Positions 28,222 through 38,029 of a stretch of 56,483 bases of DNA are shown in pieces. The stretch's first letter is position 1. Every line of letters begins with the position of its first letter. The DNA is taken from the IMG/VR virus record IMGVR_UViG_3300034093_004958, positions 1 to 56,483 of that record. One strand, 5' to 3'. Below the pieces are notes generated by a model, which saw only the letters and a list, made by a program, of their open reading frames with translations, made no database searches and was not told the DNA's origin. The position numbers and the translations under genes are program-made. The DNA is from a virus (lineage: Duplodnaviria > Caudoviricetes).

Positions 28222-28359
28222 ATGAAGAAAGCAGGAAGTGGTAACGAAAAAAAGAAGTCAGCACCTAAAAAGACAAGACAAGGTAAAAGTATTAATACTA
28301 AATTGGCCCCTACACCATCTAGTCAGAAAAAGAAACTATACAGAGGTCAAGGGAAATAA
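28222..28359 (+). CDS. small basic T4-like protein ending YRGQGK (45 aa, not in track)
   Basis: AAGGA RBS; MKKAGSGNEKKKSAPKKTRQGKSINTKLAPTPSSQKKKLYRGQGK; terminator immediately after. Confidence 0.75.
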   Translation: MKKAGSGNEKKKSAPKKTRQGKSINTKLAPTPSSQKKKLYRGQGK

Positions 28360-28362
28360 ATT

Positions 28363-28385
28363 AAGCCTCGTAAGAGGCTTTTTTG
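28363..28385 (+). terminator. intrinsic terminator
   Basis: aagcctc-gtaa-gaggctttttt. Confidence 0.8.
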
Positions 28386-28473
28386 CTTTATATAAAGAAA
28401 TCTTAACATGTCATAATCTCCCAAAATCTAAATTTTAAATGTATCTTAAATAAGCCGTTTTATATATAATTAT

Positions 28474-29448
28474 ATGAATATTTTATATGGAATACAGCTC
28501 AATGGTAATGGTCATATTACCAGATCAATAGAATTAATCGATAATCTTTTAAAAAAAGATTTTACAGTTGATATTATAGCTTCGGGTAATAATTCGAATT
28601 TAAATTTACCATTTAGTCTCCTTAAAAAGTACAGGGGATTATCTCTTTATTATGATTCAAGTGGTAAAATAAATTGGTGGGACTCTGTTAAAGATGCTAA
28701 TATTAATCAACTCATAAAAGACACAAATCTAGATACATCTAAATACGATTTAGTTATTTCTGATTTTGAACCAGTATCAGCATGGTCAGCTTATAGAAAT
28801 AATAAAAAATGTATTAACATCTCAAATCAAAATTCTTTGCTATCAAATAAATCTCCTCGTTTTAAGAACGAATTAATAGCTAATTCTTTCTTGAAGTACT
28901 TTGCTTACAGCAAATATAGAATTGGACTCCACTACAAAGAATATGATCAAAATATTTATCAACCTATAATATCTAATAAAATATTAGAATCTACTACTTC
29001 TAATGAAGATGTAATTCTCGTATATCTTCCAGCTTATAGTTTGAATTTTCTTAAAACTCTGTTTAAACAATTTACATCTTTTAATTGGATCATTTATTCT
29101 AAAGAAAGTAAATTAATTGAAACAGAAACGAATGTAACTACATGCCCATTAAACTTAAATAATTTTCAAAAACATTTGGTCAGATGTTCTGGTGTAATTA
29201 CTGCATCTGGTTTTACAACAACGTCAGAAGCTTTAGTGTTAAACAAAAAATTATGGTCTATACCTATAAAAGGTCAGTATGAGCAGATTTGTAATTCAAA
29301 GGCTCTTCAAGAAATGGGTATATTTATTGAAGATATTAACTCTGAAAATATTAAGAAATGGTTAGAAGAGTTTAGCCATATAAACTATACTTGGAATAAT
29401 CCAATAAATTCTATAATTAATAAAATTATTGAAATATATGAAGATTAA
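28474..29448 (+). CDS. GT-B glycosyltransferase (MJ1255/VC2487-like)
   Basis: ILYGIQLNGNGHITR, ISDFEP, GVITASGFTTTSEAL, PIKGQYEQ.CN. Confidence 0.88.
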   Translation: MNILYGIQLNGNGHITRSIELIDNLLKKDFTVDIIASGNNSNLNLPFSLLKKYRGLSLYYDSSGKINWWDSVKDANINQLIKDTNLDTSKYDLVISDFEPVSAWSAYRNNKKCINISNQNSLLSNKSPRFKNELIANSFLKYFAYSKYRIGLHYKEYDQNIYQPIISNKILESTTSNEDVILVYLPAYSLNFLKTLFKQFTSFNWIIYSKESKLIETETNVTTCPLNLNNFQKHLVRCSGVITASGFTTTSEALVLNKKLWSIPIKGQYEQICNSKALQEMGIFIEDINSENIKKWLEEFSHINYTWNNPINSIINKIIEIYED

Positions 29449-30172
29449 AACTCTTTTCATATCCGATGTTCATCTGGGGACTATTAAATCTCAGCCTGAA
29501 AAGTTACTCAAAGTTTTTAAAGAATATGATTTTGAGGAGCTGATTATTATAGGTGATTTCATAGATATGACTTCTTTAAAGAGAAAAATATACTGGAATG
29601 AAAATCACTCAGCAGTAATTCAAAAGATTATAAAAATGTCAAGGAAAAATGTTTCAGTAAAGTATATTCTAGGAAATCATGATTATTATTTGAGAGACTT
29701 AATTGAGGAAGAAAATATTAATTTAGGTAATATTCTAATTTGTGATGAAGTTATTTACGAAACAATTAAAGGTGAAAAGATATTTATTTGCCATGGAGAT
29801 CAGTTTGATGGATTTGTTAGAATACATCCTTTTATTTATTATCTTGGTGATATAGCCTATGAGTTTAGTTATACCGTTAATAGGATCTACAATAAAGTAA
29901 GATATGTTTTCGGTTTAAACTATTGGTCTCTATCTAAATATTTAAAGAATAAAGTAAAAAATGCGGTTTCTTATCTTAATGATTTTAAATTCTTAGCTAT
30001 TCAAAAGATACATCAATCAGAATGCGATTCTATTATGATTGGACATATTCACCATCCATGTATTGAAAAAATTGGTAATAAAAATTATTACAATACTGGA
30101 GATTTTTGTGAATCATGCTCGTTTTTATATGAGGATTATGAAGGAAATATAAAGCTTATTATAGTAGATTAA
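29438..30172 (+). CDS. LpxH/PlcP-like metallophosphoesterase
   Basis: ISDVHLG, GDFID, GNHD, HGDQFD, GHIH, NTGDFCES. Confidence 0.88.
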   Translation: MKIKTLFISDVHLGTIKSQPEKLLKVFKEYDFEELIIIGDFIDMTSLKRKIYWNENHSAVIQKIIKMSRKNVSVKYILGNHDYYLRDLIEEENINLGNILICDEVIYETIKGEKIFICHGDQFDGFVRIHPFIYYLGDIAYEFSYTVNRIYNKVRYVFGLNYWSLSKYLKNKVKNAVSYLNDFKFLAIQKIHQSECDSIMIGHIHHPCIEKIGNKNYYNTGDFCESCSFLYEDYEGNIKLIIVD

Positions 30173-30437
30173 TATTTAGTTTTTTAACAAGTATTTTTAA
30201 TTCTCCACTTCCTTTTATTAATCTATGATATGTTTCCTTTGGAATAAATATTGTTCTATTTAGTTCTATAGGTAATTGATTATCAAATTGAAATTTCCAA
30301 TTTGAAGGTTCGAACGATTGTATTATTCTATCTTCTCTATCTCGATGCCAAACTAGTTCATGAGAATCTATATCTTGTGAAAATACTCTTATGAAGGTAT
30401 CTTCATTAATTTGCTCTTCATTAAAAGGAAAATCCAT
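30159..30437 (-). CDS. small cupin-like phage protein
   Basis: ELVWHRDREDR...WKFQFDN.LP...YHRLIKG. Confidence 0.7.
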   Translation of the reverse strand: MDFPFNEEQINEDTFIRVFSQDIDSHELVWHRDREDRIIQSFEPSNWKFQFDNQLPIELNRTIFIPKETYHRLIKGSGELKILVKKLNINLL

Positions 30438-30443
30438 AATGTT

Positions 30444-31031
30444 TTACCAATAACCAGGATAACTTTTACCACCCCATAAATGTGCATAACGATTTACTCG
30501 ACATGCCCAATAACCTGGAGTTGTTTTATCTTTTTTTAAATGACATTTATGTCTAGCTGCAAAGTTTTTTCTGGCCTCTGGATCAGAAACCTTGGCTTTA
30601 AGACCACCAGTTACATCTCCAAAATGAACTATTTTTACTTTACCAGTTTTAGGATTTTTTACATATACTTTGTATTTCTTTGGTCCACTACTTCGTGTGG
30701 GTTTATTTAAATCAACTTTACGCCCTTGATATTCAGCTTCGAGTAGTTCAATATATTCATCAGAGAACAGAGGTAAATCGAGAGGTACTAAAGAATTTTC
30801 ATAATTTTCAAATAATCCAATGTCAGTTGATGTAAGTAACTGTGAATCTAGTTCATCTAAGTTATCCAATTGACCACTTTCAAATAATATTCTAGATTCC
30901 TTTAACAATTCAAAATAAGAATCAGACTCAGGCCTAAATACATTATCTATAGGTGAAATATTGTTAGAAACATGATAGTCCATGTTTTCAGACATTTCTA
31001 TGAATTTTTCAAAGTCTTTTATTTGCTTCAT
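30444..31031 (-). CDS. conserved T4-like phage protein with tag
   Basis: MKQIKDFEKFIE; KKYKVYVK...VHFGD...RKNFAARHKC...GYWAC. Confidence 0.7.
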   Translation of the reverse strand: MKQIKDFEKFIEMSENMDYHVSNNISPIDNVFRPESDSYFELLKESRILFESGQLDNLDELDSQLLTSTDIGLFENYENSLVPLDLPLFSDEYIELLEAEYQGRKVDLNKPTRSSGPKKYKVYVKNPKTGKVKIVHFGDVTGGLKAKVSDPEARKNFAARHKCHLKKDKTTPGYWACRVNRYAHLWGGKSYPGYW

Positions 31032-31044
31032 AATAATTGAATAT

Positions 31045-31278
31045 TTATTGTATATATTCAATTATTGATTCATAATGTTTACTAGCCTGATCTTTTAAAT
31101 AATCTACATCTTCTGAAGTTTCTATAATGTCATAAAAATCAAGATTGAATAGGTCAGAAGAATAATTTAAAGTATAAATATCTTCGCAAGATAATATCCA
31201 GTAGAGTGATGATGTTCTTTCTTGTTTGGCTTGTAATACATTATCTTTGGGAAAATATTCCCATTGTAATTTTTGCAT
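31045..31278 (-). CDS. hypothetical protein
   Basis: 77-aa ORF in an operon. Confidence 0.55.
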   Translation of the reverse strand: MQKLQWEYFPKDNVLQAKQERTSSLYWILSCEDIYTLNYSSDLFNLDFYDIIETSEDVDYLKDQASKHYESIIEYIQ

Positions 31279-31280
31279 AA

Positions 31281-31520
31281 TTAGGATTCTTTAATAATAT
31301 TTTTAATTTCTTCTTTTAATTCTCTAGCTCGTTCTCCTCTAAAAGTTGAGGAATTAGATAAGAAATAGGTTAATATACTCTCTGCATTATCAAATCCATA
31401 TTTGTCATTTTTATTTGCAAGAAACTGCATAGCATCTAAATAAGGTACAGCTCCAAAATATATCTTGGATCCCCATTCAGTTTTAATATCTTTAGCAATT
31501 TGAAAAATAGGTCTGCTCAT
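31281..31520 (-). CDS. conserved small phage protein
   Basis: RPI.QIA.DI...W...YFGAVPYLDAM...YFLSN..TFRGE.AR; TTTG-N19-TATATTTG promoter at 31584-31554. Confidence 0.7.
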   Translation of the reverse strand: MSRPIFQIAKDIKTEWGSKIYFGAVPYLDAMQFLANKNDKYGFDNAESILTYFLSNSSTFRGERARELKEEIKNIIKES

Positions 31521-31634
31521 ATAACACCATTAATATTTATTATTAGTTCTTTACAAATATAATAACAAATTTTTAAAAAACAAATAATAATGAACAACTT
31601 TTGAAAGTTTAATATAATATAGAAAAGGAATTTT

Positions 31635-32078
31635 ATGGAAAAGCAACAAAATAGTGTAGCGATTGAGTATATTAATGTACCAGTTCTTATTTTAAACGGT
31701 GAAATAGAAAATGTTCGCTCGAACATAGTTTATACAGTCGATGATAATGGTATCAAAAAATTAGTTACTTCTGAAGATGATGCTAAAAATCTTCTTTATA
31801 ATTACTTTAATTCATCTAAAGAAGAACAAGAAATATTCAATAGGATTAAAGAAGAAGATGTAGATAATGCTCATATTGTTATTGAGTTTCCTTGTGAAGA
31901 AAAAAATTATATAAAAAACTTGAATTACAATATATCTTTAGAATTTATTGGTTATAATTCAGAAAATAAAAATCCTCAATTTAAAATAATTCATGATACA
32001 ATATCAGGAAATCCAAAATTAACAATACAATCTCTAAATCAAGCTGTAGTAATTAAAGAACAATTTCAACTATTCTAA
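31635..32078 (+). CDS. hypothetical protein
   Basis: AAGGA RBS; terminator follows. Confidence 0.6.
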   Translation: MEKQQNSVAIEYINVPVLILNGEIENVRSNIVYTVDDNGIKKLVTSEDDAKNLLYNYFNSSKEEQEIFNRIKEEDVDNAHIVIEFPCEEKNYIKNLNYNISLEFIGYNSENKNPQFKIIHDTISGNPKLTIQSLNQAVVIKEQFQLF

Positions 32079-32108
32079 AAAAAGCCCCTCTAAATTGAGG
32101 GGCTTTTT
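32078..32108 (+). terminator. intrinsic terminator
   Basis: aaaagcccctc-taaatt-gaggggctttt. Confidence 0.75.
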
Positions 32109-32131
32109 CATATATACTCTAAAAAATTCAG

Positions 32132-32482
32132 ATGGGTAAACACGTTAAACTGTTCGAAACATACTTTAATATTAAAGAAGTCGTACATGGGGATTTAAGT
32201 GACATAACACTTAAAATATATGTACCAACCAAAAAAATAGACTTTGACAAATTTGAACCTAAATTAAATAATGTACTTAGATTAACCACTCAATATTATA
32301 AAACTAAATGTTATAAAAATATGTTTATATGTAATATAAAGATTGATGCTAATTCTTATAGATTTTCAACAGATTTCTTTTCTCATATGTTAAATGAACT
32401 TAAAATTCATTTGGATTTTTTCAAACTAGAAGTTGAAAAATCTGATGTGGTAGATTCCGAAATTAATTTATATTTAAAGTAA
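32132..32482 (+). CDS. hypothetical protein with MGKHVKLFETY tag
   Basis: Tag plus upstream CATATATA. Confidence 0.65.
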   Translation: MGKHVKLFETYFNIKEVVHGDLSDITLKIYVPTKKIDFDKFEPKLNNVLRLTTQYYKTKCYKNMFICNIKIDANSYRFSTDFFSHMLNELKIHLDFFKLEVEKSDVVDSEINLYLK

Positions 32483-32487
32483 ACAGA

Positions 32488-33114
32488 TCAACCTCTTTTC
32501 TTTTCTTTTGATAATTTATTATGAAATAACCAATCATTAAATCTCTTAAGTTGTTCTGGATTTAAAATTTCTGAAAAAGAAGAAATAAATTCTTTGTCAC
32601 AAGACTCCATACAATCTTTAACTTTAAATTTATCATTGAGAGCCACGATATTCATTTTGATAGTTCTATTTAATTCTGTCATTTTAGTCCTTGCTTCTAA
32701 TCTGCTTATCAATCCAGAATCTAATTGTGTTTTAATCGACTCCCTTACGACCTTCGCAGAATCTAATATTTTTCTTTCTTCTAATTTAATACTAGATAAA
32801 CAAGACTTGATACAGTCTTCATGTTTTTTGAGATAAATAGATGCTAATGTTCTTTGCATACTATCTAAATCAAGTCTTTTAATAATACCATGAAAAATAT
32901 TTCTTTTGGGACTTGATCTCAAAGAATCTTTTATTATCTTAACATCAACAATATTATCATATGAATCATTTATAAATTCAGGGGAATAAGCATTCACAGA
33001 GAATGTAGAATAATTTAACTTTTCGATAGATTCGATGTCAACAGGTGTTTGAACTAAACCTTCATTACACGAAATGAATAATAATCCAATAATCAAATAC
33101 TTAAATAGTTTCAT
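32488..33114 (-). CDS. putative lipoprotein, helical
   Basis: Lipobox-like LLFISC; C-terminal ILNPEQLKRF (Spy/CpxP-like). Confidence 0.65.
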   Translation of the reverse strand: MKLFKYLIIGLLFISCNEGLVQTPVDIESIEKLNYSTFSVNAYSPEFINDSYDNIVDVKIIKDSLRSSPKRNIFHGIIKRLDLDSMQRTLASIYLKKHEDCIKSCLSSIKLEERKILDSAKVVRESIKTQLDSGLISRLEARTKMTELNRTIKMNIVALNDKFKVKDCMESCDKEFISSFSEILNPEQLKRFNDWLFHNKLSKEKKRG

Positions 33115-33213
33115 AAATTATATTTATTTTAATTATATATCTTTTTTTGATAAAAAAATAATATGATATATAATTGATAATAACTATTCAATCAGAGTTA
33201 GGTTACACATTTC

Positions 33214-34806
33214 ATGAATTCAGCTCTTCAGTTCATCAATAGCAATATTACACCAAATAATCAGAAGTTAGCATTATCTGCATTGGAAGAATTATTACAA
33301 TTTAAAGAAAGTGATGATTTATATTATAGTTGCGGATTGATATCTGCAAACTTAAATGAATTCAATAATTCTTTATATTATTTTAATAAAGCCTTAGAAT
33401 TAAATCCATATCATAAACAATCTCTTTTTGATTTAGGTGCAATAAGTTCTCACTTAGGTAATTGGGATAATTCAATTATGTATGGAGATAGATTAATTGA
33501 TTTAGACCCATCATATAATAATATATTAATACATGTTGCAAATACATATTCATATGTAGGAAATCATAATATATCAATTGAATACTTTAAAAAGGCAATT
33601 GATATTAACCCTTATAATTTAACGGCTTGGTCTGATTTATTTTTATCATTGAATTATGTAGACATTAATATTGAAGATAGAATATCTTTAAGAAATAAAT
33701 TTTCGAGTTTATTTTCATCTTTAATAAAAAATGAATCACCTCAATTACAAAAAAGAAATAAATATAAAGTTGCTTACATTTCTTCTGATTTTAGAAATCA
33801 TGCAGTAAGTTATTTTTTAAAGGGGTTAATTACAAAACATAATAAAGAAAAATTTGATATTTATTTTTATAGTTGCAGTAATATTGAAGATGATATAACA
33901 GAACAATTTAAAAACTCTGGTAACTTTATAAATTGTTATAATATGTCAACTGAAGATGTAGTACAACGTATCAAAAATGATGAGATTGATATTTTAATTG
34001 ATTTAAATGGATTCACTCAATCAAATAGGTTAGAACTTTTTTTATATAATTGTGCTCCTATTCAAGTTTCTTGGTTAGGATTTCTTAATTCTCTTGGAAT
34101 TCCTTCTATAAAATATAAAATTTCAGATGAAAATTTAATTGATAATGATACTGAAGGATATTATTATGAAAATATAATTAAGCTCAAAAATTCTTTAATT
34201 TATGATCCACCTAGCACATACCCTAAAATAACACCTTTACCATATACAAAGAATCAATTTATTACATTCGGTTATTTTAATAATTTAAGAAAACTAAATG
34301 TAAACGTACTCGATACATGGATTGAAATTTTTAAAAATAACCCTAATTGTAAATTAATAATAATAAAAAGTAGTTTTGATAAATTAAATCAAAATTTAGT
34401 TTCATATTTTAATTCTAAAGATTTTTTTAATATTGAATTAAGAGATGAATCAACGTTATATGATCTCATGCATAATATAAGTGAAGTAGATATAGCTTTA
34501 GACCCTTTCCCACATTCAGGTGGAGCAACTACTGCTCATTGCCTTTGGATGGGTGTACCAGTGTTAACTATAGATGGAAAATTAGAATTTGAAAGAATAT
34601 CCAGTTCAATATCTAAATCATTAGGTTTGGATATATTTATAGCCAAAGATAAAGATCAGTATATGAAAAAAGGTATACATTTAAACATGAACGAATTAGA
34701 AAATATAAGATGTAATTTAAGAAGTAGATTCCCTAAAGCTGAATCTGTAATACATGAATTAGAAAGTAACTTTGAAAAAATGCTAACAAAAAATTTTATT
34801 ACTTAA
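33214..34806 (+). CDS. TPR-containing O-GlcNAc transferase (GT41, SPINDLY-like)
   Basis: N-terminal TPRs; YISSDFRNHAV, DILIDLNG, APIQVSWLGF, FGYFNN..K, DIALDPFPHSGGATT...LWMGVPV. Confidence 0.9.
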   Translation: MNSALQFINSNITPNNQKLALSALEELLQFKESDDLYYSCGLISANLNEFNNSLYYFNKALELNPYHKQSLFDLGAISSHLGNWDNSIMYGDRLIDLDPSYNNILIHVANTYSYVGNHNISIEYFKKAIDINPYNLTAWSDLFLSLNYVDINIEDRISLRNKFSSLFSSLIKNESPQLQKRNKYKVAYISSDFRNHAVSYFLKGLITKHNKEKFDIYFYSCSNIEDDITEQFKNSGNFINCYNMSTEDVVQRIKNDEIDILIDLNGFTQSNRLELFLYNCAPIQVSWLGFLNSLGIPSIKYKISDENLIDNDTEGYYYENIIKLKNSLIYDPPSTYPKITPLPYTKNQFITFGYFNNLRKLNVNVLDTWIEIFKNNPNCKLIIIKSSFDKLNQNLVSYFNSKDFFNIELRDESTLYDLMHNISEVDIALDPFPHSGGATTAHCLWMGVPVLTIDGKLEFERISSSISKSLGLDIFIAKDKDQYMKKGIHLNMNELENIRCNLRSRFPKAESVIHELESNFEKMLTKNFIT

Positions 34807-35146
34807 TATTTTTTTTTCTATCTATAGTTTGATAATAAAATTCTGTAAATTCTTTAAATGATATTAAACCGTATCTGATAGCTACTTTAATTATGTACAG
34901 TTTTTTAATTTTATTTATAATATTTTGTAATGCAAAATTAAATTTATGTATATTGTGTGAATCTTTATAGTGATTACAAATATCACATGCAGGCATTAAA
35001 TTTTCAAAGTCATCAGTACCACCTTTAGATTGAGGAATAAAATGATCTATTTTCATTTCATATAAAGATATGTTATTACCGCAATAGGCACATTTGTTAT
35101 TATATTTATTCAGAACACTTTTTCGCAAAGATTCCTTCATACTCAA
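34799..35146 (-). CDS. HNH endonuclease
   Basis: CAYCG...IDHFIPQSKGG....NLMPACDICNHYK. Confidence 0.9.
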   Translation of the reverse strand: MSMKESLRKSVLNKYNNKCAYCGNNISLYEMKIDHFIPQSKGGTDDFENLMPACDICNHYKDSHNIHKFNFALQNIINKIKKLYIIKVAIRYGLISFKEFTEFYYQTIDRKKNIK

Positions 35147-35344
35147 TATATAATTTTATTAATTATATACTTCAATTATAAAAAAATATGATAGCTTTAT
35201 TATCCGAGATTCAAAAATTTTTAAAAAGTATATTATTTATTGAACTAACAAAGAGTTTTTCTATAATATGTATTATACTATTTGTTGTGTTTTTTATAAT
35301 TTACCCAGTTTACTTAAAATTACTTTCTAAATGGAGAAATAAAT

Positions 35345-35590
35345 ATGGAAGAAATATTCAATAATCTTACTGAACTTGAAAAAAAAATCGTAGATTATGT
35401 CTGTAGTGCTAAAACAGTTAGGATGAGTGATATTTTAAATTATATTAAAGGTTACAGTTCAGAATATATGCAAAATAGAGTAAGAGATCTAGTAATTAAA
35501 GAAGTTTTAATTACGCATCAAAATCCTATTGTTCCAGAATGGACATATGAATTAAGTTACTTTTACAAAAGTTATAAAAACTTACTATAA
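35345..35590 (+). CDS. small winged-helix-like protein
   Basis: GGAG RBS; LTELEKKIVDY...; wHTH-like pattern. Confidence 0.5.
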   Translation: MEEIFNNLTELEKKIVDYVCSAKTVRMSDILNYIKGYSSEYMQNRVRDLVIKEVLITHQNPIVPEWTYELSYFYKSYKNLL

Positions 35591-35592
35591 TA

Positions 35593-36666
35593 TTAGTATT
35601 TAAGATTTATTGCATGTGGATTACTTTCTTGTAAAGAATTACTTGAAACTTCTACATACACAGAAGTCTCATATAAATTACTGAGACGTTCTACTCCTGA
35701 ATAAGAGCATCCGCTTCCTACACCACCTATAATATTTTGTAAGAACTCAGCTACCTTACCTTTATAAGGAACCGTAGTTGATATACCTTCAGATACAGAG
35801 ACTCCACCTAACCAATCCTGTTGAGCTTCTTTTGAAGCCATGCCTCTAAATTCTTTTATAGGTCTGCCTAACGTATCATATATAATATTGCCTGGAGATT
35901 CATCATATCCAGAAAGTAATGACCCTAACATAACAGCATTTGCACCAGAAGCGAATGATTTGACCATATCACCTGTGTTTCGAATACCTCCATCTGCAAT
36001 TATACTATAAATTCCTGATTTAAAGAATTCTGTATTTCTTTCTTTACAATCTATTATAGAATATAATGTAGGCATACCATGACCAGAAACAATCCTAGTA
36101 GTACATGCACTGCCTCCACCTATACCGACTCGTACTGAATCTGCACCTGATATAAGCAAATTGGAAAATGAAAGATGTGTTGAAACATTTCCACACATAA
36201 TATGTATATCGTTTGGTACTATACTTCTTAGATATTTAACAGCATCAATGGCTCGTTTAGCCTGACCATTTGCTGTATCTATACATAAAACTTTTACTCC
36301 AGTTTCTAAAATATTATGAACTATTACTTTGTCATTTGCTTCTAACAAAGAAATAGCAACACCCTTTAAACCTTCTACTTTGTTTAAATGCTCTATTCTT
36401 TTTTCAATATTCATAAATCTATGGATTATTCCTAAACCTCCGTATGTAGAAAGTAAAGAAGCCATTTCCCACTCACATACTGTATCCATAGGAGAAGCAA
36501 TTATAGGTAATTTTAAATCTAGCATGGCTAAATAATTTTCCTCGTTTCCTAACTTCATAGATAAATCAACAGAATATCTACTTTTTACTTCTGAATTATG
36601 TTTTGGGATAAGTAAAATATCATCAAAACAAAGAGCTTTTTCAATAAATGGACTATATTTTTTCAT
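35593..36666 (-). CDS. IMP dehydrogenase / GMP reductase family protein lacking CBS domains
   Basis: FDDILLIP, ASPMDTV, GGLGIIHR, IDTANG, RVGIGGGSACTTR (catalytic Cys), ADGGI, FRGMAS, SEG. Confidence 0.92.
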   Translation of the reverse strand: MKKYSPFIEKALCFDDILLIPKHNSEVKSRYSVDLSMKLGNEENYLAMLDLKLPIIASPMDTVCEWEMASLLSTYGGLGIIHRFMNIEKRIEHLNKVEGLKGVAISLLEANDKVIVHNILETGVKVLCIDTANGQAKRAIDAVKYLRSIVPNDIHIMCGNVSTHLSFSNLLISGADSVRVGIGGGSACTTRIVSGHGMPTLYSIIDCKERNTEFFKSGIYSIIADGGIRNTGDMVKSFASGANAVMLGSLLSGYDESPGNIIYDTLGRPIKEFRGMASKEAQQDWLGGVSVSEGISTTVPYKGKVAEFLQNIIGGVGSGCSYSGVERLSNLYETSVYVEVSSNSLQESNPHAINLKY

Positions 36667-36755
36667 ACTTAAAATAAAATATTTAACAATACATATTTAT
36701 ATCATAAATAAAAAAAAAGTTTCACATCTATGATATATAAAAAAAAAGTTTATTC

Positions 36756-37043
36756 ATGAGTGATATATTTAGATTCGATCAATTTATACTAAACGAAGCA
36801 AAAAATTCAAAAACTCTTTCAAGAATTCATATTAAGCCAGGTAAAATGCACAAGTTATTAGGCATTCCTGAAAAGGAAAGAATCGAAGATCATTTCAACG
36901 ATGGTAAACATCTTGCTATGACATTAGTAAAAGCGTTGGGTGGAGATCAAAGAAAAGCATCTGGAATGTTGGCATGGGTTGCAAATATTCAAAAGGGACC
37001 TAGTATATTTGATGAAGCTCTATCATCATTAAAGGAATTTTAA
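36756..37043 (+). CDS. small tagged phage protein
   Basis: MSDIFRFDQFILNE; KPGKMHKLLGIP; GATATATA at 36732. Confidence 0.65.
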   Translation: MSDIFRFDQFILNEAKNSKTLSRIHIKPGKMHKLLGIPEKERIEDHFNDGKHLAMTLVKALGGDQRKASGMLAWVANIQKGPSIFDEALSSLKEF

Positions 37044-37046
37044 ATT

Positions 37047-37793
37047 ATGAAAATACTAAGATTTGAAGATTGGTGTATTAATGAAAATAGAAATACTAAA
37101 TTAAATGAACTTGATGATTATATGCAATCATATAAGCCTCAAAATTCTCCTGCTGGAAAAGACTATACGAATTATGCCAAATCAATGTTTAAACCAAAAC
37201 CATCTATTATTAAAGATAGTGGTGGAGATCTAATAGAAATAATAGATCCATTAGCAATTAAAGTTGATTTTGATTTTAATTTTCGTAAACTGACTATCAG
37301 TGAATGGATTGATAGAGGAAATAAAAACTTTATAAATCTTAGTTTTTTTGAACCTAGCGGTAAACCCACCGCAAACTTTTTTTCGAAAAGTATAAACCAT
37401 GGAGCAAAACTTGATACTTTAGGTAAACGTTGGCCTATGATGGTTATTAAACCAGAATTAAAGATAGTTGATAATATTTCTGAAGATCCATATCCAATTG
37501 AAGCATTTTCTGGTAGTGTTTCTTTAGTTAAAAATGGAGTTATTCAAAAACATACGCAAGGTAATAAAGACGCTGAGCTAAGACCCCGAACTGGTATAGG
37601 TACAACATTGAAAAACGAAATTATCATTATGGTTACTCCTAGAAGTGACTTAATAGGGTTTGCAAATAAATTACTAAATGCTGGGGCTTATCACGCTATC
37701 AATTTGGATGGGGGTAGTTCATCTCTATTTGTAAGAAATGGACAAACACTTTTTTCTACTACAAGTCCTGTATCAACTATTTTAACATGGTAA
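37047..37793 (+). CDS. phosphodiester glycosidase (NAGPA/DUF2233) protein, paralog of 25701-26642
   Basis: Tag MKILRFEDWCINE; RPRTGIG and AINLDGGSSS. Confidence 0.85.
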   Translation: MKILRFEDWCINENRNTKLNELDDYMQSYKPQNSPAGKDYTNYAKSMFKPKPSIIKDSGGDLIEIIDPLAIKVDFDFNFRKLTISEWIDRGNKNFINLSFFEPSGKPTANFFSKSINHGAKLDTLGKRWPMMVIKPELKIVDNISEDPYPIEAFSGSVSLVKNGVIQKHTQGNKDAELRPRTGIGTTLKNEIIIMVTPRSDLIGFANKLLNAGAYHAINLDGGSSSLFVRNGQTLFSTTSPVSTILTW

Positions 37794-38029
37794 TTTAAAA
37801 GTGTATTAAGTAACTTTTACTATAGACTAACGTTTAGTTTTTATGAATTTGTTTTAAAATTATTAAATATTTTAAAAAGTTTTACATATTGTAAAATTAA
37901 TAAAATTTGGGGTTTGTTTATTTTATTTGTATTTTTGTAATGTTGATGAATGAAAATATATTATAATTTATTTTTATTTAGTAATTTGCCTGCACAGGCA
38001 ATTTTTTTATTTATATATTTGGAGTTATT

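Noticed and set aside
28238-28438. 66-aa track ORF
   Set aside because: Runs through a terminator; the overlapping frame 28222-28359 has the RBS and a recognisable motif.
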